NCBI GenBank assembly: GCA_036479435.1
Contig: JAZGFI010000174.1
Coordinates: 1 to 53,070, forward strand
Length of the DNA: 53,070 nucleotides
DNA from: Planctomycetota bacterium
GTDB taxonomy: Bacteria; Planctomycetota; GCA-002687715; DRQF01
Direction of reading: 5' to 3'
The notes under the pieces were generated by a model. That model saw nothing but the letters and a program-made list of their open reading frames with translations, ran no database searches and was not told where the DNA came from. Of this stretch, positions 47,585-53,070 are shown in pieces; the first letter of the stretch is position 1, and the number at the start of each line of letters is the position of its first letter. A program made the position numbers and the translations under genes.

Positions 47585-50389
47585 ATGAGCGACAATGAAA
47601 GAGGGCTGGCCGGCGAGAATCTCGCTTTCGTCGAATCCCTCTGGGCAGACTTTCTTCGCGACCCAACCTCTGTAAACGAGGATTGGCGTCGGTATTTCGA
47701 GACTTTAGGCACCACTGGTGGCAACGGGCAACGCGCTCGCTTGGGCCCATCCTTTCATCCGCCGGGCTTATTTACTCCTCGCGGTTTCGGGGGGACCAAT
47801 TTCGCCAACCGCGTCGCTCAGGATCGAGTCGACCAGCTCATCCGTTCCTTTCGGGTGCGCGGGCACATGATCGCCAAGATCGATCCCCTTCGTATCCCGC
47901 GAGCGCCTCAGCCCGAGCTCGATCCCAGCTACTACGGTTTGGACGAAGAAGACCTCAACCGTCAGTTTTCCAGCACGACCATTGGCCGTGGCGGCGGTGC
48001 GAGCAGCTTGCGCGACATCCTCAGCTGCATGCGCCAAACTTATTGCCAGGGTATCGGGGTGCAGTTCATGCACATCGACGACCTGCAGGTCAAAAACTGG
48101 CTGCAAGAACGCATGGAGGGCAGCGAGAATCGGATTGAACTTGCTCGGGATCAACAGCTGAGAATCCTGAGTCGACTCACCGATGCGGTGGTGTTGGAGG
48201 AGTTCATTCAAAAAAAGTATGTCGGAGCGAAGAGTTTCTCCTTAGAAGGGGCTGAAACTCTGATTCCACTCATGGAATTGGCGATCCAAAGAGCCTGCAA
48301 GCAGGGAGTCGGTGAGATCATCATTGGCATGGCGCACCGCGGTCGGCTGAATGTCTTGGCGAACGTACTCGGCAAGACACCGAAGTACATCTTTCGTGAG
48401 TTCGACGATTCCGACATCGATCAGAACATCGGTCGTGGCGATGTCAAATACCATTTGGGCTACAACAACGAGTGGACCGCACTCGACGGCGAAAAGTCCG
48501 TTCATTTGTCGTTGTGCTTTAACCCAAGCCATCTTGAATTCGTGAACCCGGTTGCGATGGGGCGCATGCGAGCGAAGCTCGACCGCTTTCATGAGCATCC
48601 GCGCGGTCGCGGCTTGACCTTGCTCATTCACGGCGACGCCGCCTTTGCCGGCGAGGGGATCATCCAAGAAACCCTCAACATGAGCCAGTTGCCGGGTTAC
48701 GAAATCGGCGGCACGATTCATGTCATCGTCAATAACCAGGTCGGCTTCACGACGAGGCCCGAGAAGGGCCGCTCGGGGACTTATGCCACCGACGTCGCCA
48801 AGATGCTGCAGATCCCCATCTTCCACGTTAACGGCGAAGATCCCGAGGCCGTGGCGCAGGTGGTGAGCCTCGCGATGGACTTTCGCTCGCAGTTTTCGCG
48901 TGACGTCGTCATCGACATGTACTGCTATCGCCGCCGCGGCCACAACGAAGGTGACGAACCCGCTTTCACCGAACCGACACGCTATCGTCATATCCGTGCG
49001 CGTGAGGGTGTGCGTAAGCACTACCTTCAGCACTTGCTCAAGATGGGCGAGGTCACCAGCGATGAAGCACAAGGGATGGAGGAGGCCGCACGAGGAAAAC
49101 TCGAGGGCGAACTTTCTTCGGCGCGCAGTAAGGACTACAAGCCCAGGGCCCGCCGAAAGGGTGGGATTTGGGCCGGGTATGTGGGGGGAAACAACGATGC
49201 TGTTGCGGAACCTCAAACGTCCATCTCGGAGCAACTGATTCAAAACCTTGGCAAGGCCTTGACGAGCCTGCCCGCTGACTTCAATCCGCATCCAAAGATC
49301 AAACGCATCCTCTCGCAGCGATCGGATATGGCGCTCGGCAAACGACCCGTAGATTGGGCGATGGCCGAGGCTTTTGCCTTTGGCAGCCTGCTGTTGTCGG
49401 GCTCGCGGGTGCGCATGACCGGGCAAGATTGCGAACGTGGCACCTTCAGTCACCGTCATTCCGTGTTGCACGATTTCGAGGATGGCCACGAATACATGCC
49501 GCTTCGGCACTTAGATGACGAGCAAGCTCCGATTGACATTATCAACAGTCCGCTCAATGAAGCGGGTGTGCTCGGATTTGAGTACGGCTACAGCTTGGAC
49601 AGCCCCGACACGCTGGTTCTCTGGGAAGCCCAATTCGGCGATTTTTGCAACGCGGCGCAGGTCATCATTGACCAGTTCATTGTGAGCGCGGAAGACAAAT
49701 GGCGGCGCTTGTCCGGCCTTTGCTTGTTGCTGCCCCACGGTTTCGAGGGGATGGGGCCGGAGCACTCAAGCGCTCGTTTGGAGCGCTTTCTGGCTTTGGC
49801 GGCTGAAGACAATATCCAAGTCATGAACCTCACGACTCCCGCGCAGTACTTTCATGTCTTGCGCCGGCAGGTGATCCGACCTTGGCGCAAGCCGCTCATC
49901 ATCATGACTCCGAAGAGTCTGTTGCGGCATCCAGCAGCGACCTCTTCGCTTGCGGACTTCACTGAGAGCGGCTTTCAAAAGGTCATCGCCGACCCCTTGA
50001 TGTCGGCGCAGAAAGCGAAGGCTCTAAAGCGAGTCCTGTTGTGCTCGGGCAAGATCTTCTACGAGCTGTCGGCTCGCCGTGAAGAACTTGGGGTCGAGGA
50101 CATCGCCATTTGCCGCATGGAGCAGTATTACCCGCTGCCGAAGGTCGAGCTCGAAAAAGCTTTTGAGTCGGTACCCGACGGCACGCCGGTGTTCTGGGTC
50201 CAAGAAGAGCCCGAAAACATGGGGGCCTGGAAGTTCCTGCGTTATGCGTTTGGCCGCACGTTGATGGACCGATTGCCATTCGAGTCCATCACACGGCCCG
50301 AATCGGCGAGCCCGGCGACGGGTTCTGCGGGTGCTCACAAGGTCGAGCAAAATCGTATCTTGAGCCGAGCTTTGGATTCGCAAGAATGA
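47585..50389 (+). CDS. sucA: 2-oxoglutarate dehydrogenase E1
   Basis: FSLEG, MAHRGRLN, GDVKYH, NPSHLE, HGDAA, WEAQFGDF, HSSARLER. Confidence 0.97.
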   Translation: MSDNERGLAGENLAFVESLWADFLRDPTSVNEDWRRYFETLGTTGGNGQRARLGPSFHPPGLFTPRGFGGTNFANRVAQDRVDQLIRSFRVRGHMIAKIDPLRIPRAPQPELDPSYYGLDEEDLNRQFSSTTIGRGGGASSLRDILSCMRQTYCQGIGVQFMHIDDLQVKNWLQERMEGSENRIELARDQQLRILSRLTDAVVLEEFIQKKYVGAKSFSLEGAETLIPLMELAIQRACKQGVGEIIIGMAHRGRLNVLANVLGKTPKYIFREFDDSDIDQNIGRGDVKYHLGYNNEWTALDGEKSVHLSLCFNPSHLEFVNPVAMGRMRAKLDRFHEHPRGRGLTLLIHGDAAFAGEGIIQETLNMSQLPGYEIGGTIHVIVNNQVGFTTRPEKGRSGTYATDVAKMLQIPIFHVNGEDPEAVAQVVSLAMDFRSQFSRDVVIDMYCYRRRGHNEGDEPAFTEPTRYRHIRAREGVRKHYLQHLLKMGEVTSDEAQGMEEAARGKLEGELSSARSKDYKPRARRKGGIWAGYVGGNNDAVAEPQTSISEQLIQNLGKALTSLPADFNPHPKIKRILSQRSDMALGKRPVDWAMAEAFAFGSLLLSGSRVRMTGQDCERGTFSHRHSVLHDFEDGHEYMPLRHLDDEQAPIDIINSPLNEAGVLGFEYGYSLDSPDTLVLWEAQFGDFCNAAQVIIDQFIVSAEDKWRRLSGLCLLLPHGFEGMGPEHSSARLERFLALAAEDNIQVMNLTTPAQYFHVLRRQVIRPWRKPLIIMTPKSLLRHPAATSSLADFTESGFQKVIADPLMSAQKAKALKRVLLCSGKIFYELSARREELGVEDIAICRMEQYYPLPKVELEKAFESVPDGTPVFWVQEEPENMGAWKFLRYAFGRTLMDRLPFESITRPESASPATGSAGAHKVEQNRILSRALDSQE

Positions 50390-50474
50390 CAGTAGATGAG
50401 AAAACGGATTTCGATTCGCCCGGCTCGCGGGCTCGAAATCGCCGACGAAGCGAGCTAAAGGACAAATCGCAGCC

Positions 50475-51656
50475 ATGACTGTCGACGTGAAGGTGCCTTC
50501 GGCCGGGGAGTCGATCACCGAGGTCTTCATTGCCCGCTGGCACAAAAAGCCTGGCGACTCGATTTCTAAAGATGAGGTTCTCGTCGAGATCGAAACCGAC
50601 AAGGCCTCGATGGAAATACCGGCTCCCTGTTCAGGGCAAGTCAGCGAAACGCTTTTGGAAGAAGGCGACGCGGCGGCCGTAGGCGATGTGATCGCCCGCA
50701 TCCTTGAGGGCGAAGTTGCCGAGACTGCCCCGGCTGCGCCAACTGAGAGCGCTGGGTCCTCGACTCCGGCCGCCGCAGGTCATGTGATGCCGGCCGCGGC
50801 GCGTATCCTGGCCGAACGCGGGGTTGATGCGGCGACGGTCAAAGGCACGGGCCCCGGCGGCCGCGTCCTGAAAGAGGATGCTCTGGCTCACAATGGCGCC
50901 AACACTTCTCCGGCGGCAGCGACCAAGGCGCTGAGCCCGCTGGCTGCTTTGGGCAGCCGAGAAGTCGAAATCGTACCGATGAGTCCGATTCGCCGGCGCA
51001 TTGCCGAGCGGCTGGTTTCGGCTCAGCAGAACGCGGCCTTGCTGACGACTTTCAACGAGATCGACATGACCAAGGTCATGAAACTCCGAAAAGAGTTCAA
51101 AGAAGAGTTCATCGAAAAGCACGGGGTGAAACTCGGCTTCATGTCGTTTTTCGTGAAAGCCACGATCGAGGCCCTCAAGGCGGTGCCGGCGCTCAATGCG
51201 CAGGTTGATGGCACCAACATGAAATTCTTCAACTACTACGACATTGGGATCGCAGTCGGCGGCGGTAAAGGCCTTGTTGTCCCTGTCGTGCGCAACGCGG
51301 AAACGCTTGGATTTGCCGCCGTTGAAAAGACGATCGGCGATCTCGCTCGCCGTGCACGCGACAACAAGATCTCGATCCAGGAGCTTCAAGGCGGGACCTT
51401 CACGATCTCCAATGGTGGCGTGTATGGCAGTTTGCTGTCGACTCCCATCCTGAATCCCCCGCAGAGCGGAATTTTGGGATTGCATGCGATTAAGGAGCGT
51501 CCGGTTGGCGTTGACGGCGAGATTGTGCTGCGTCCTATGATGAACGTCGCTCTGACTTATGATCACCGGATTGTCGACGGCAGAGAGGCCGTGACCTTTC
51601 TCATCGCCGTGAAGCAAGCCGTCGAGAATCCAACGCGCATCTTGCTGGAGGTCTGA
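50475..51656 (+). CDS. sucB: Dihydrolipoyllysine succinyltransferase E2
   Basis: Lipoyl motif ETDKA, E3-binding GTGPGGR, and YDHRIVDG. Confidence 0.97.
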   Translation: MTVDVKVPSAGESITEVFIARWHKKPGDSISKDEVLVEIETDKASMEIPAPCSGQVSETLLEEGDAAAVGDVIARILEGEVAETAPAAPTESAGSSTPAAAGHVMPAAARILAERGVDAATVKGTGPGGRVLKEDALAHNGANTSPAAATKALSPLAALGSREVEIVPMSPIRRRIAERLVSAQQNAALLTTFNEIDMTKVMKLRKEFKEEFIEKHGVKLGFMSFFVKATIEALKAVPALNAQVDGTNMKFFNYYDIGIAVGGGKGLVVPVVRNAETLGFAAVEKTIGDLARRARDNKISIQELQGGTFTISNGGVYGSLLSTPILNPPQSGILGLHAIKERPVGVDGEIVLRPMMNVALTYDHRIVDGREAVTFLIAVKQAVENPTRILLEV

Positions 51657-51661
51657 TTCAG

Positions 51662-53070
51662 GTGTCCAACGAAGACTATGACCTTGTCGTCATCGGCGGC
51701 GGCCCCGGCGGCTACGAAGCTTCCATACGTGCGGCACAACTCGGAATGCGCGTGGCTTGTGTCGACAAGAACTCCATGCTTGGCGGGACTTGTCTAAGGG
51801 TCGGGTGCATCCCCTCGAAAGCTCTGCTCGAATCCAGCGAGCTTGCTCATCAGGCTCAGCACGGGCTCAAGATTCACGGCATTGAGACCGGCAAGATCAA
51901 GATCGACCTGCAGGCCTTGTTGGCCCGCAAAGAAAAGATCGTCGGCACCCTGGGTCAGGGCGTCGCCCACTTGCTGAAGAAAAACGGCGTCGATTCTTTC
52001 CAGGGACTTGGCCGCATCGTCGCGCCCGGTCAAGTTGAAGTCACGAGCGGGACCGCCTCTGACACTGAAGAAAGCGCCGCTCAGACGCTTCGCTGTCGCC
52101 GCATCTTAATTGCGACCGGTAGCAGCTCGGCTCCGTTGAAGGGCGTCGACCTGGATGCCGAACGCATCGGCACGAGCACTGAGGCCTTGGCCTACGACAA
52201 GGTCCCCAAAGAGCTCATTGTGATCGGTGCCGGCGCAATCGGCCTTGAGCTTGGTTCGGTTTGGAGCCGCCTCGGCTCTAAAGTGACCGTGCTCGAGTAC
52301 ATGGACATCGTTCTCCCGGGTATGGACCCGGATATCTCAAGAGAAGCCCACAAACTCTTCAAGCGCCAAGGAATCACCTTCAAACTGAAATGCCGCGTCA
52401 CCAAAGCCGTGCAAAAGCGGGCGAAGTGTGTGGTTTCCTGTGACGGCGAAGAAGACCTTACTGCGGATCGCGTGCTTTTAGCCGTCGGTCGCCGCCCCCA
52501 CACTAGCGGCCTTGGCCTCGATGAGCTGGGCGTCGACCTCGACAAGCGCGGTTTCGTGGTGGTCGGTAAGAACTTTGAGACCAAGGTGGCTGGCATCTAC
52601 GCCATCGGCGATTGCACCCCAGGTCCGATGCTGGCTCACAAGGCTTCTGAAGAGGGCATCGCCTGCGTCGAAGCAATGAAGAGCGGCTACGGTCACGTTA
52701 ATTACGATGCGATTCCAAACGTCGTCTACACGCATCCCGAGGTCGCTTCGGTCGGCAAGACCCAGGCCGAACTCGAAAAGTCGGGGATTCCCGTCAAAAT
52801 CGGAAAGTTCAGCTTTCGCGCCAACGGCCGCGCCTTGGCCCTCGCGCAGATTGACGGCTTCGTCAAGATCTTGGCTCAGGCCGAAACCGACCGGATCTTG
52901 GGTGTTCACATCATCGGTGCCCGCGCCGGCGACCTCATCGCGGAAGCCGTCACCGCCATCGAGTTCGGCGCCTCTTCCGAAGACTTAGCCCGCACCTGCC
53001 ACGCGCACCCAACTCTGCCCGAGATCATCAAAGAAGCCGCCCTCGACGTCCACGGCCAAGCCATCCACAA
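51662..53070 (+). CDS. lpdA: Dihydrolipoyl dehydrogenase E3 (3' end just outside the window)
   Basis: Read by hand from GTG 51662: YDLVVIGGGPGGY, GGTCLRVGCIPSK, ending HAHPTLPE...QAIH. It is absent from the ORF track because no stop falls in the window. Confidence 0.95.
   Translation, partial: MSNEDYDLVVIGGGPGGYEASIRAAQLGMRVACVDKNSMLGGTCLRVGCIPSKALLESSELAHQAQHGLKIHGIETGKIKIDLQALLARKEKIVGTLGQGVAHLLKKNGVDSFQGLGRIVAPGQVEVTSGTASDTEESAAQTLRCRRILIATGSSSAPLKGVDLDAERIGTSTEALAYDKVPKELIVIGAGAIGLELGSVWSRLGSKVTVLEYMDIVLPGMDPDISREAHKLFKRQGITFKLKCRVTKAVQKRAKCVVSCDGEEDLTADRVLLAVGRRPHTSGLGLDELGVDLDKRGFVVVGKNFETKVAGIYAIGDCTPGPMLAHKASEEGIACVEAMKSGYGHVNYDAIPNVVYTHPEVASVGKTQAELEKSGIPVKIGKFSFRANGRALALAQIDGFVKILAQAETDRILGVHIIGARAGDLIAEAVTAIEFGASSEDLARTCHAHPTLPEIIKEAALDVHGQAIH

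Noticed and set aside
48242..51617. Long - strand ORFs (422, 225 and 328 aa)
   Set aside because: Antisense shadows of sucA and sucB.

Overview
GC-rich bacterial chromosomal window with no rRNA, tRNA, CRISPR array or transposase that I can see. The gene content and protein styles suggest a Planctomycetota-like organism; this is an inference. Housekeeping blocks are pyrE, sufE, apaG, a translationally coupled shikimate operon (aroB, aroA-aroK fusion, aroD-aroE fusion, aroC), a B12 mutase operon (icmF, methylmalonyl-CoA mutase small and large subunits, meaB) and sucA-sucB-lpdA, which runs off the right end. Accessory content includes: (i) a PilZ / GAF-HlyD / site-2-protease-HlyD / membrane-fusion-protein cassette with no ABC ATPase or TolC, divergent from a GGDEF cyclase; (ii) a MoaD/ThiS plus BNR propeller pair; (iii) three tandem paralogous secreted proteins, each with its own terminator and a shared two-box upstream motif; (iv) a 995-aa acidic repeat protein that shares a C-terminal domain with those paralogs and with a gene remnant, a candidate sorting signal; (v) an AAA/DUF4143 ATPase preceded by 23-bp tandem repeats overlapping a likely leaderless promoter; (vi) a divergent ECF-sigma-like / zinc anti-sigma-like pair. 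All calls come from motif recognition by eye and no searches were run. Several starts were moved inside the ORF-track coordinates.
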